Positions 31,026-43,955 of a stretch of DNA of 64,000 nucleotides are shown here, one piece after another (positions within the stretch are counted from its first letter, which is position 1; each line of letters begins with the position of its first letter). Source of the stretch: the human T2T-CHM13v2.0 reference genome, Homo sapiens; assembly GCF_009914755.1 (NCBI RefSeq), contig NC_060941.1, one strand, 5' to 3'. The notes under the pieces are model-generated. The model did not search any database and was not told the origin of the DNA. It worked only from the letters and a program-made list of their open reading frames with translations. The translations under genes and the position numbers were made by a program.

Positions 31026-32621
31026 GTCGAATGAAATGGAATCAAATGGAATGGAATTGAATGGAATCGAAAGGAATAGAATGGAACGGAGTGTAATAGA
31101 AAGAAATCGAATGGAATGGAATGGAATAGAATGGAATGGATTGGAATGGAATGAACTCAAATGGAACGGAGTGGAGTGGAATGGACTCGATTGGAATGGA
31201 AACAAATGGAATGGACCGGAATGGAATGTATTGGAATAGAATGGACTCCAATGTAATGGATTGTAATATAATTGATTTGAATGGAATGGAATTGAATGGA
31301 ATGTAATCAAATGGAATGGAATGGTATGCAATGTAATGGAATAGAATGGAATGCAATGGAAAGGAAGGGAGGGGAATGTAGTGGAATGGAATTTAATGGA
31401 AAGGAATCGAATTGAATGGACTGGAATTGAATGGACTCGAATGGAATGGACAGGAAAAAAACGGAATCGAACGGATTGGAATCAAACGGAATGGAATGGG
31501 ATGGACTCGCATGGAATGGAGTCGAATGAAATAGAAAAGAATGGAATGGAATCGAATGGAATGGAATTGAATGGAATCGAAAGGAATAGAATGGAATGGA
31601 GTTTAATGGAATGGAATAGAATGGAATGGAGTGCAAAGGAAAGATATTGAATGGAATGGAATGGACTGGAATGGAATGGACTGGAGTGGAATGGACTCGA
31701 ATGGAATGGAATGGAATGGAATGGAAAGGAATAGAATGGAATGGAATCGGATGCAATGAAATGGAATGGAATGGAGTCGAATGGAATAGAATTGAATGGA
31801 ATGGCATTGAATGGACTGGAATGGCATGGAAAGGAATGGACTCGAATGGAATGGACTTGAATAGAATAGAATAGAATGGAATGACATCGAATGGAAAGGA
31901 ATGGAATGGAATGAAATGGAATGGACCCAAATGTAATGGACTCGAAAGGAATGGACTCAAATAGAATGGACTCGAAAGGTACGGGCTCGAACGAATTTAT
32001 TCGATTAGAATGGAATCGAATGGAATGCAATTGTATGAAATGGAATTAAAGAGAAACTAATCGAATGGAACAGACATGAATGGAATGGACTGGAATAGAA
32101 CGGACCCAAATGTAATGGATTACAATGTAATTGATATGAATGGAATGGAATCGGTTGGTATGTAATCAAATGGAATGGAATGTAATGCAATGGAATGGAA
32201 TAGAATGGAATGGAATCGAATGGAACGGAGGGGAATCAAGCGGAATGGAATCGAATTAAATGGAATCCAATGGAATGGAATCGAATGTAGTGGACTCGAA
32301 TGGAATGGAATGGAAAAAAATGGAATCAAACAGATTGGAATCTAACGGAACGGAATGGAATGGAATGGAATGGAATGGAATGGAATGGAATGGAATGGAG
32401 TCGAACGGAATTGAAAGGAATGGAATCTAATGGAATGGAGTCGAATGGAATAGAATTGAATGGAATGGAACGGAATGGAATGGACTCGAATGGAATGGAT
32501 TTGAATGGAATAGAATCGAATGGAATGGTATCGAATGGAATGGAATGGAATGCAATGGAATGGAATGGACCCAAATGTAATGGACTCAAATGGAATGGAC
32601 TCAAATAGAACGGAATTTAAA

Positions 32622-32636
32622 GGAATGTTCTCGAAT
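32622..32636. promoter_or_regulatory. Perfect three-unit heat shock element match (nGAAnnTTCnnGAAn)
   Basis: gGAAt-gTTCt-cGAAt; sequence match only, occupancy unknown. Confidence 0.35.
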
Positions 32637-35600
32637 GGAACTTATTCAAATAGAAAGGAATCGAATGGAATGCAATAGTATGGAATGGAATCGAATGGAA
32701 TGGAATTGAATGGAATGGACCGGAATGGAATGGAATGTAATAGAAAGGACTCGAATGTAATGGATTGCAATGTAATTGATTCGAATGGAATGGAATCAAA
32801 TGGAATGGAATCGAATGGAATGGACTGGAATGGAAATGACTGGAATAGAACGTACACGAATGGAATGGATTGCAATGTAATTGATTCGAATGGAATGGAA
32901 TTGAATGGAATCTAATACAATGGAATGGAAGGGAATGCAAGGGAATGGAATAGAATGGAATGCAATGGAACGGAACGGAGTGGAATTGAGTGGAATGGAA
33001 TCGAATGGAATGGACTGTAATGGAGTGGAATCGAATGGAACGGAATGGAATGGAATGGAATGGACTTGAACAGAATGGAGTCAAATGAAATGGAATCGAA
33101 TGGAAAGGAATCAAATGGAATGGAAATGAATGGAAACAAAAGGAATAGACTGGAATGGAGTGTAATGGAAAGATATTGAATGGAATGGAATGGAATGGAC
33201 TCGAATGGGATGGACTGGAATGGAATGGACTCGAATGGAATGGACTGGAGTGGAATTTACTCGAATGAAATGGAAAAGAACGGAATGGAATGGAATGGAA
33301 TGGAAAGGAATAGAATGGAATGGAGTCAGATGGAATGGAATGGAAGGGAATGGAGTAGAATGGAATAGAATATAAAGTAATGGCTTCGAATGGAATGGAA
33401 TGGAATGGACTCAAACGGAATGGAATCGAATGGAATGGCATCAAATGGAATGGAATGGAATGGACCCAAATATAATGGATTCGAATATAATGGAATTTAA
33501 TGGAATGGACTTGAAAGCAATGGTCTCAAATGGAATTCATTCAAATAGAATGGAAACTAATGTAATCCAATAGTATTGAATGGAATCAAATGGAACTGAA
33601 TCGAATGGAATGGACCAGAATGGAATGGACTGGAATAGAAGGGACTCGAATGCAATGGATTTGAATGTAATTGATTCAAACGGAATGGAATTGAATGAAA
33701 TGTAATCAAATGGAATGGAATGGAATGCAACGGAATGGAAGAGATTGGAATGCAATGAAATGGAAGAGAGTGGAATCGAGTGGAATGGAATAGAATGGAA
33801 TGGAATCGAATGGAATGGAATCAAATGGAATGGACTGGAATGGAATGGAATCGAAAGGAATGGACTTGAACAAAATGGAATGGAATTGATTGGAATCTAA
33901 TGGAACGGAATGGAATGGAATGGAATTTAATGGACTCAAAAGGAATGGAGTCGAATGGAATGGAATTGAATGGAATGGAATAGAATGGCATGGAATTGAA
34001 TGGAATTGCAAGGAATAGAATGGAATGGAGTGTGCTGGAAAGATACTGAATGGAATGGAATGGAATGGAATGGACTCGAATTAAATGGACTGGAATGGAA
34101 TGGAATTGAATGGATTGGAATGGAGTGGAATGGACTCTAATGGAATGGAAAAGAAAGGAATGGAATGGAATAGAATGGAATGGAATGGAAAGAATAGAAT
34201 GGAATGGTTTCGGATGGAATGGAATGGAATGGAATGGGGTCTAATGGAATAGAACTGAATGGAATGGCATTGAATGGAATGGAATCAAAAGGAATTTACT
34301 CAAATGGAATAGAATTGAATGGAATGTCATCGAATGGAATGGAATGAAATGAAATGGAATGGAGTGGAAAGGACCCAAATGTAATGGACTCAAATGGAAT
34401 GGACTCAAATAGAATGGACTCAAACTGAATGGACTCAAAAGGAATGGTCTCAATTGGAATTTATTAGAATAGAATGGAATTGAACGGATTGCAATAGTAT
34501 GGAATGGAATCGATAGGAATGGAATCGAATGGATTGGACCAGAATGGAATGGACTTTAACAGAGTGGACTCGAATGTAATGGATTACAATGTAATTGATT
34601 TGAATGGAATGGAATCGTATGGAATGTTATCAAATGGAATGGAATGGAATGCAATGGAATGGAATAGAATGGAATGCAATGGAATGGAATGGAGTGGAAT
34701 AGAGTGGAATGGAATCGTGTGGAATGGACTGGAAGGGAATGGAATCGAATGGAATGGACTGGAACAAAATGGAATCAAACGGATTGGAATGGAATGGAAT
34801 GGAATGGAATGGACTCGAATGGAAGGGGGTCAAATGGAATGGAATCAAACGGAATGGAATCGAATGTAATGGAATTGAATGAAATCGAAAGGAATAGAAT
34901 GGAATGGAGTTTAATGGAAAGGTATTGAATGCAATGTTATGGAATTGAATGGACTCGAATGGAATGGACTGGAATGGAATGGAATCGAATGGAATGGACT
35001 CAAATTGAATGGAAACGAATGGAATAGAATGGAATGGAATGCAATGGAATAGAAAGGAATAGAATGGAATGGATTTGGATGGAAAGGAATGGAATGGAAT
35101 TGAGACGAATGGAATATAATAGAATGGAATAGATTCGAATGGAATGGCATCGAATGGAATGGAATGGAATGGAATGGAATGGAATGGAATGGAATGGACC
35201 GAAATGTAATGGACTCGAATGGAATGGACTCAAATAGAATGGACTTGAAAGGAATGGTCTCGAATGGAATTGACCCGAATAGAAGGGAATCGAATGGAGT
35301 GCAATAGTATGGAATGAAATCGAATGGAATGGAATTGAATGGAATGGACCGCAATGCAATGGACTGTAATAGAATGGACTCGAATGTAATGGATTGCAAT
35401 GTAATTGAGTCGAATGGAATGGAATCGCATGGAATGCAATCAAATTGAATGGAATGGAATGCAATGGAATGGAATAGATTGGAATGCAATAGAATGGAAT
35501 GGAGTGGAATCGAGTTAAATGGAATCGAATGGCATGGAATCGAATGTAACGGACTGGAATGAAATGGAATCGAATGGAATGGACTGGAAAAAAATAGAAT

Positions 35601-38600
35601 CAAACGGATTGGAATCGAATGGAACAGAATGGAATGGAATGGAATGGACTCGATTGCAATGGAGTCGAATGGAATGGAATTGAATGGAAAAGAATTGAAT
35701 GGAATCGAAAGGAATAGAATGGAATGGAGTATAATGGAAAGAAATCGAATGGAATGGAATGGAATAAACTCGAATGGAATGAACTAGAATGGATTATAAT
35801 AGAAACATATAGAATGGAATGGAGTAGACTCGAATGGAATGAACTGGAATGGAATGGACTCGAATGGAATGGATGGGAGTGGAATGGAATCGAATGTAAT
35901 GGAAACGAATGGAATGCAATGGAATGAAATGGAATGGAAAGGTATAGAATGGAATGGAATCTGATGGAATGGAATGGAATGAAATGGAGTCGAATGGAAT
36001 AGAGTCGAATGGAATGGAATCGAATGGAATGGAATGGAACAGAATGGAATGGACCCAAATGTAATGGACTCGAATGGAATGGACTCAAACACAATGGACT
36101 CGTTAGGGATGGTCTCGAATGGAATTTACTCGAATAGAATGGAATCGAATGGAATGCAATAGTATGGAATTTAATCGAATGAAATGGAAACAAATGGAAT
36201 GGTCCGGAATGGAATAGACTGGAATAGAATGGACGCCAATGTAATGGATTGCAATGTAATTGTTTCAAATGGAATGGATTCGAATGGAATATAATCTAAT
36301 GGAATGGAATGGAATGCAATGGAATTGAATAAAATGGAATGGACTCGAACAAAATGGAATAGAACGGATTGGAATCGAATGGAACAGAATGGAATGGAAT
36401 GGAATGGAAAGAACCCGAATTGAATAGAGTCGAATGGAATGGAATCAAATGGAATGGAATCGAAGGGAATGGAATTGGATGGAATCAAAAGGAATAGAAT
36501 GGAATGGAGTATAATGGAAAGACATCGAATGGAACAGAATGGAATGGAATGGACTCGAGTGGAATGGGCTGGAATGGCATGGACTCGAATGGAATGGACA
36601 GGAGTGGAATGGACTCAAAAGCAATGGAAACGAATGGAATGGAATGGAATGGAAAGGAATAGAATGGAATGGAATTGGATGGAACGGAATGGAATGGAGT
36701 CAAATGGAATAGAATCAAATGGAATGGCATTGAATGGAATGGAATGGATTGTAATGGAATAGAATGGAATGGACTCGAATGGAAGATAATCGAATGTAAT
36801 GGCAACGAATGGAATGGAATGGAATGGACCCAAATGTAATGGACTCGAATGGAATGGACTCAGATAGAATTGACTCAAAATGAATGGTCTCCAATGGAAT
36901 TCATTCAAATAGAATGGAATCGAATATAATGCAATAGTATGGAATGGAATCGAATGTAATGGAATTGAAAGGAATGGACAGGAATGGAATGGATTGGAAT
37001 AGAATGGACTCGAATGTAATGGATTGCAATGCTATTAATTTGAATGGAATGGAATCGAATGGAATGGTATGCAATTTAATGGAATAGAATGGAATGCAAT
37101 GGAATGGAGTGGAATTGAGTTGAATGGAATTGAATGGAGTGGAATCGAATGGATTGGACTGGAATGGAACGGACTCGAATGGAATGGACTGGAACAAAAT
37201 GGAATGGAACGGATTGGAGTCTAATTGAACGGAATGGAATTTAATGGTATGGAATGGAAAGGACTCGAATGGAATGGAGTCAAATGGAATGGAACCGAAT
37301 GGAATCGAATGGAATGTAATCAAATGGAAAGGAATGGAAGGCAATGGAGTGGAATAATATGGAATGCAATGGAATGGAATGGAGTGGAATCGAGTGGAAT
37401 TGAATTGAATGGAATGGAATCGAATGTAATGGACTCAAATGGAATGGACTTGGGAAAAAAATGGAATCAAACGGATTGGAATTGAACAGAACAGAATAAA
37501 ATGGAATGGACTCGAATGCAATGGAGTTGAATGGAATGGAATTGAAAGGTATGGAATCGAATGCAATGGAATTGGGTGGAATGGAATTGAATGGAATGGA
37601 GGGCAATGGAAAGATATCGAATGGAATGGAATGGAATGGACGCGAATGGAATGGACTGGAATGGAATGGGCTTGAATGGAATTGACTGGAGTGGAATGGA
37701 CTTGAATAGAATGGACTGGAGTGGAATGGACTCGAATGGAATGGAATGGACATGAATATAATGGAATGGAATCAGATGGAACGGAATGGAACGGAATGCA
37801 GTTGAATGGAATAGAATCGAATGGAATGGCATCAAATGGAATGGAGTGGAATGGAATGGAATGGAATGGAATGGAATGGAATGGAATGGACTCGAAAGGA
37901 ATGGATTCTCACGGAATATAGTTGAATGGAATGGCATTGAATGGAATGGAATGGAATGCCATGGAATGGAATGGACCCAAATGTAGTGGACACAAATTGA
38001 ATGGATTCAAATAGAACGGACTCGCAAGGAGTGGGCTCGAATGGAATTCATTCGAGTAGAATCGAATTGAAGGGAATGCAATAGTATTGAATGGAATCAA
38101 ATGGAATGGAATCAAATGGAATGGACCAGAATGGAATGGACTGGAATAGAGTGGATACAAATGTAATGGATTGCAATGTAATAGATTCGAATGGAATGGA
38201 ATAGAATGGATTCTAATCAAATGGAATGGAATATAATGAATGGAAGGGAATAGAATGGAATGCAATGGAATGGAACAGAGTGGTATCGAGAGGACTGGAA
38301 TCCAATGGAATGGAATCAAATGGAATGGAATCGAATGGAATGGACTGTAATGGACTCGAATGGAATGGACTGGAACAAAATGGAATTGAATGGATTGGAA
38401 TCAAAAGGAACGGAGTGGAATGGAATGGAATGGAAGGGACTCGAATGGAATAGAGTGGAATCGAGTGGAATGCAATCCAATGGAATGGAATCAAATGGAA
38501 TGGAATCGAATGGAATGGAATTGAATAGAATGGAATTGAATGGAATCAAAAGGAATAGAATGGAATGGAGTGTAATGGAAAGAGATTGTATGGAATGGAA

Positions 38601-40551
38601 TGGAATAGAATGAACACGAGTCGAATGGACTGGAATGGAATGGACTTGAATGGAATGCACTGGAGTGGAATGGACTCGAATGTAATGGAAACGAATAGAA
38701 TATAATTGAATGGAAAGAATAGAATGGAATGCAATCAGATGGAACGGAATGGAATAGAATGGAGTAGAATGGAATAGAATCGATTGGAATGGCACCGAAT
38801 GGAATGGAATCTAATGGAATGGACTCGAATGGTATGGACTAGAATGGAATAGAATCGAATAGAATGGCATCAAATGGAATGGAATGGAATGGAATGGAAT
38901 GGAATGGAATGGAATGGAATGGAATGGAAACTAATGGAATGGACTCGAATGGAATAGAATACAATGGAATGGCATCGAGTGGAATGGAATTGAATAGAAT
39001 GGACACAAATAAAATTGACTCGAATGGCATGGACTCAAATAAAATGGACTCGAAAGGAATTGTCTCAAATGGAATTTATTCAAATAGAATGGAATCGAAT
39101 GGAATGCAATAGTATGGAATGGAATCGAATGGAATGGACTGGAGTGGAATGGACTGGAATAGAACGGACTCGAATGTAATGGATTGCAATGTAATTGATT
39201 CGAATGGAATGGAATCGAATGGAATGTAATAAAATGGAATGGAATTGAATGCAATGGAATGGAATAGAACGGAATGCAGGGGAATTGAATGCAGAGGAAT
39301 CCAGTGGAATTGAATGGAAAGGAATGGAATCGAATGGAATGAAATCGAATGGAATGGACTCGAATGGAAGGGAATGGAAAAAAATGAAATCAAACGGATT
39401 GGAATCGAATGGAACAGAATGGAATGGAAAGGAATGGACTCAAATGGAATGTAGACGAATGGAATGGAACCGAAAGGAATGGAATAGAATAGAATGGAAT
39501 TGAATGGAATTGAAAGGAATAGAATGGAATGGAGTGTAATGGAATGATATCGAATGGAATGGAATTGAATGGAATGGAATGGAATGGAATGGAATGGAAT
39601 GGAATGGACTCAAATGAAATGGACTCGAATGGAATGGACTGGAGTGGAATGACTCTAATGGAATGGAAATGAATGATATGGAATGGAATGGAATGGAAAG
39701 GAATAGAAGGGAATGGAATCAGATGGAACGGAATGGAATCGAAGGGAGTCGAATGAAATTGAATCGAATGCAATGGCATCGAATGGAATGGAATGGACTC
39801 GAATAGAATAGAATCGAATGGAGTGACATTGAATGGAATGGAATGGAATGGAATGGGATTGAAAGGAATGCACCGAAATGTAATGGACTCTAATGGAATG
39901 GACTGAAATAGAATGGACTCAAAAGGGATGGTCTCGAATGGAATTTATTCGAATAGAATGGAATCGAATGGAATGCAATATTGAGGAATGGAATAGAATG
40001 GAATCGAATGGATTGGAATGGAATGGAATGCGGTGAAGTGGAGTGGAGTGGAGTGGAATGAGATGGAATGGAATTGAATGGAGTGGAGCACAGTGGAGTG
40101 GAATGGAGTGGATTGGAATGGAATGGGAAGGAATGAAACTGAAGGGTGTGCAGTGCAGTGGACTGCATTGGAGTGGAATGCAGTGGAGAGGAATGGAATG
40201 GAGTGGAATTGAATCGAATCGAACTGAATCGAATGGAATCAAATGGAAAAAATGGAATTGCATGGAATCAAATGGAATCGAATTGAATGGAATCGAAAGG
40301 CACCAAATGGAATTGAATGGAATGCGGTGAAGTGGAGTGGAGTGGAATAGAGAGGAATTGAATGGGGTGGAAGGGAATTGAGTGGAGTGGAGTGGAATAG
40401 AGTGGAATGGAATGGGGTGGAATGGAATTGAGTGGAGTGGAGTGGAATGGAGTGGAATGGAATGGACTGGGAAGGAATTGAATTTAATGTAGTGGAGTAG
40501 AGTGGAGTGGAAGGGAATGCAATGGAATGGATTGGAATGGTGAAATGAAAT

Positions 40552-40614
40552 GTGAGCGGAGATTGTGAACTGAACTCCAGCCAGGGTGACAGAGTGAGGA
40601 ACTGTCCAAAGAAA
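40552..40614 (+). mobile_element. Alu 3'-end fragment copy 1 (diverged)
   Basis: GTGAGCGGAGATTGTGAACTGAACTCCAGCCAGGGTGACAGAGTGAGGAACTGTCCAAAGAAA; ~8 differences from the local consensus. Confidence 0.8.
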
Positions 40615-41178
40615 GGAATGGAATGGAATGGATTCAGAATGAAATGTAAGGGAATGGAGGGGAGTTTAGTGGATTGGCGTGGAGTGGAGTGGAGTGGAGT
40701 GGAATGGAGTGGAACGGAATGGGAAGAAATGGAATTCAAGAGAGCGGAGAGGAGTGGATTGGAGTGGAGTGGAGTGAGGCGGAGCGGAGAGGAGTGGAAT
40801 GGAATGGAATAGAATCGAATGGAATCAAATCAAATTGAATCAAATCGAATTGAATTGAATGGATTGGAATCAAATGGAATCAAATGGAATCGAATGGAAT
40901 CAAATGGAATCGAATGGAATCAAGTGGAATGCAAAGGAATCGATTGGAATGGAATCGAATCGCATTGAATGGAATCAAATGGAATGCGGTGAAGTGGAGT
41001 AGAGTGTAGTGGAATGCAGTGGAATGGAATGGGGTGGAATGGAATTGAATGGAGTGGAGTGGAGTGGAATGGAGTGGAGTGGAATGGAATGGGAAAGAAT
41101 GGAATTGAATGGAGTGGAGTAGAGTGGAGTGGAATGGAATGCAATGGATTGGAATGGAATGGAATGGTGAAATGAAAT

Positions 41179-41241
41179 GTGAGCTGAGATTGTCCAATGC
41201 ACTCCAGCTTGGGTGACAGAGTGAGATCCTGACGAAAAAAA
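41179..41241 (+). mobile_element. Alu 3'-end fragment copy 2
   Basis: GTGAGCTGAGATTGTCCAATGCACTCCAGCTTGGGTGACAGAGTGAGATCCTGACGAAAAAAA. Confidence 0.85.
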
Positions 41242-41929
41242 GGAATGGTATAGAGTGGATTTAGAATGGAATGTAATGGAATGGAGTGGAGTGGAGTGGA
41301 GTGGATTGGAGTGGAATGAAATGGAGTGGTATGGATTGTTATGGAATGGAATGGATTGGAGTGGAGTGGAGTGGGGTGGAGTGGAGTGGAGTGGAATGGA
41401 GTGGAATGGAATGGGATGGAACAAAATGGAGTAGTGTAGAGAGGATAGGTGTAGAATGGAATGGAAAGGAATGGAGTTTAGTGGAGTGGAGTTGGGTGGA
41501 GTGGAATCAAATGGAGTGGAATGGAGTGGAGTGGAATGGAGTGGAGTGGAATGTAGTGGAATGGAGTGGAGTGGAGTGAAGTGGAATGGAAAGGAGTATA
41601 CTGGAATGGATTGGAGTGAAGTGGAATGGACTGGGGTGGAGTGGAATTGACTGGAGTGGGAAAAAATGGAATGGAGTGGAATGGAATAGAGTGGAGAGTA
41701 ATGGAATGGAGTGGAATGTAGTGGAGTGGAGTAGTATGGAGTGCAAAGGAATGGAATGGAGTGGAGAGGAATGGAGTGGCAGGGAGTGGAGTGGAATGGA
41801 GTGGAGTGGAGTGGAGTGGAGTGGACTGAAGTGGAGTGCAATGGAGTGGAATGGAATGGAATGGGAAAAATGGAATTGAATGGAGTGGAGTGGAATGCAA
41901 CGCAACGGAATGGAATGGTGAAATAAAAT

Positions 41930-41992
41930 GTGAGCTGAGATTGTGCACTGCACTCCAGCCTCAGTGACAGAGTGAGATCCTGCTGAAAGAAA
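41930..41992 (+). mobile_element. Alu 3'-end fragment copy 3
   Basis: GTGAGCTGAGATTGTGCACTGCACTCCAGCCTCAGTGACAGAGTGAGATCCTGCTGAAAGAAA. Confidence 0.88.
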
Positions 41993-43892
41993 GGAATGGA
42001 ATGGAATGGATTTAGAATGCAATGTAATGGAATGGAATGGAGAGGAGTGGATTGGGTTGGAGTGGAGTGCAGTGGAATGGAGTGGTATGGATTCTTATGG
42101 AATGGAATGGAATAAAGTGGACTGGAGTGGGGTGGAGTGGAGTGGAATGGAGTGGAATGGAATGGGATAGGATGGAATGGAGTGGAGTGGAGTGGAAAGG
42201 TGTAGAATGGAATGGAGTGGAGTGGAGAGGAATTGAGTGGAGTGGAATGGAATGGGCTGGAATGGAGTGGAGTGCAGTGGAATGCAGTGGAGTGCAGTGC
42301 AGTGGAGTTGACAGAAGTGGAGTGGAATGGAATGAAGTGGAATGGAATGGAATGGAGTGGAATGGAATGGAATGAAGTGGAATGGAATGGAATGGAGTGG
42401 AGTGGAATGGACTGGAGTGGAATGGAATTGACTAGAGTGGAATGGAATGGAATGGAATGGAGTGGAATGGAATGGAGGGGACTGGAATGGAATGGATTCG
42501 GGTTCAGTGGAATGGACTGGAGTGGAGTGGAATTGACTGGAGTGGAGCGGAATGGACTGGAGTGGAATGGAGTGGAATGGAGTGCAATCGAATGGAAAGG
42601 ACTGGAGTGTAATGGAGTGGAGTGGTGTATAGAGTGGAATGGAATGGAATGGATGGATTGGAGAGGAGTGGAGTGGAGTGGAATGGAGTGGAGTGGACTG
42701 GAGTGAAATGGAGTAGAATGGAATGGAATGGAGTGGGGCAGTGGAAAGGAGTGGAGTGGAATGGAGTGGAGTGGAGTCGAGTGGAATGGAATGGAATGGA
42801 ATGGAATAGAATGGAATGGAACGGAACGGAATGGAATCAGATCGAATGGAATTGAATGGAATGTAATTGAATCGAATGGAATGGAATGAAATGGAATGGA
42901 ATGGAATGGAATGTGGTGAACTGGAGTGGAGTGAAGTGGAATGGAATGGAATGGGTTGGAATGGAATTGAGTGGAGTGGAGTGGAATCGAGTGGAGTGGA
43001 ACAGCATGGGAAAGAATGGAATTGAACGGATTGGAGTGGAGTGGAGTGGAATGGAATGGAGTGGAATGGAATGGAATGGATTGGAATGGAGTGGAGTGGA
43101 ATGGTGTGGAGTGGAGTGGAATGGAGTGGAGTTGAGTGGAGTAGAGCTCAATGGAATGGAGTGGAGTGGAGTGGAGTGGCATGAAGAGAACTGGAGTGGA
43201 ATGGAGTGGTATGGATTTTTATGGAATGGAATGCAATGAGTGGAGTGGAGGGGGTGGAATGGAGTGGAGTGGCGTTGAGTGGAGTGGAGTGGAATGGAGT
43301 GGCATGGAATGGTATGGAATGGAATGGGGTGGAGTAGAGTGGAATGGAGTGGAGTGGAATGCAGTGGAGTGGAGTGGAGTGGAGTGGAATGGAATGGAAT
43401 AGAATAGAATAGAATGCAATGGAAAGGAAAGGAATGGAATGGAATGAAGTGAAGTGGAATGGAGTGGAGTGGAATGGAGTGGAAAGGAATGGGGTGGAAT
43501 GAAATTGAATGGAGTGGAGTGGAGTGGAATGTAGTTGACTTGAATGGAGTGGAAATCAATGGAATGGAACCGAATTGAATGAAATGGAATGGAATCGAAT
43601 TGAATGGAATGGAATCGAATGGAATCGAATGGAATGTGTTGAAGTGGAGTGGAGTGGAGTAGAATGGAGTGGAATGGAATGGGGTGGATTGGAATTGAAT
43701 GGAGTGGAGTGGAATGCAGTGGAATGGAATGGGGTTGAATGGAATTCAATGGAGGCAAGTGGAGTAGAATGGAATGCAATGGAATGCAATGGAATTGGAA
43801 GGAATGGAATTGACCGCAGTGGAGTGGAGTGGGGTGGAGTGGAGTGGAATGGAATGGAATGGAATGAATGGAATGGAATGGTGAAATGAAAT

Positions 43893-43955
43893 ATGAGCTG
43901 AGATTGTGCAGTGCACTCCAGCCTGGGTGACAGAGTCAGATCCTGTTGAAAGAAA
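43893..43955 (+). mobile_element. Alu 3'-end fragment copy 4
   Basis: ATGAGCTGAGATTGTGCAGTGCACTCCAGCCTGGGTGACAGAGTCAGATCCTGTTGAAAGAAA. Confidence 0.88.

Larger units (their letters stand above)
1..40025 (+). repeat. Satellite III (HSat3-type) domain A: diverged (GGAAT)n with ~0.8-1.0 kb degenerate super-unit
   Basis: Continuous GGAAT pentamer register with variants GGACT, CGAAT, CAAAT, TGAAT, AGAAT, GTAAT, GCAAT. Recurrent landmarks: GGACCCAAATGTAAT, GGTCTCGAATGGAATTTATTCGAATAG, GGATTGCAATGTAATTGATTCG, GGAGTGTAATGGAAAGATATCG. Pure runs reach only ~10 units (1056-1105, 38876-38925). (GGAAT/CATTC)n arrays are the established definition of human Satellite 3. Confidence 0.96.

Noticed and set aside
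1-40025. Assignment to HSat2, DYZ1, the chromosome 9 HSat3 array, alpha satellite or telomeric repeat
   Set aside because: I saw no HSat2-type ATCATCGAATGG periodic units, no homogeneous fixed kb-scale period, no CAACCCGAGT-type motif, no 171-bp monomer and no TTAGGG arrays. Exact subfamily and chromosome need a k-mer search.
40552-40614. Edge-of-array divergence gradient (first cassette is highly diverged)
   Set aside because: Internal copies at 48762 and 53861 are similarly diverged, so no gradient can be claimed.
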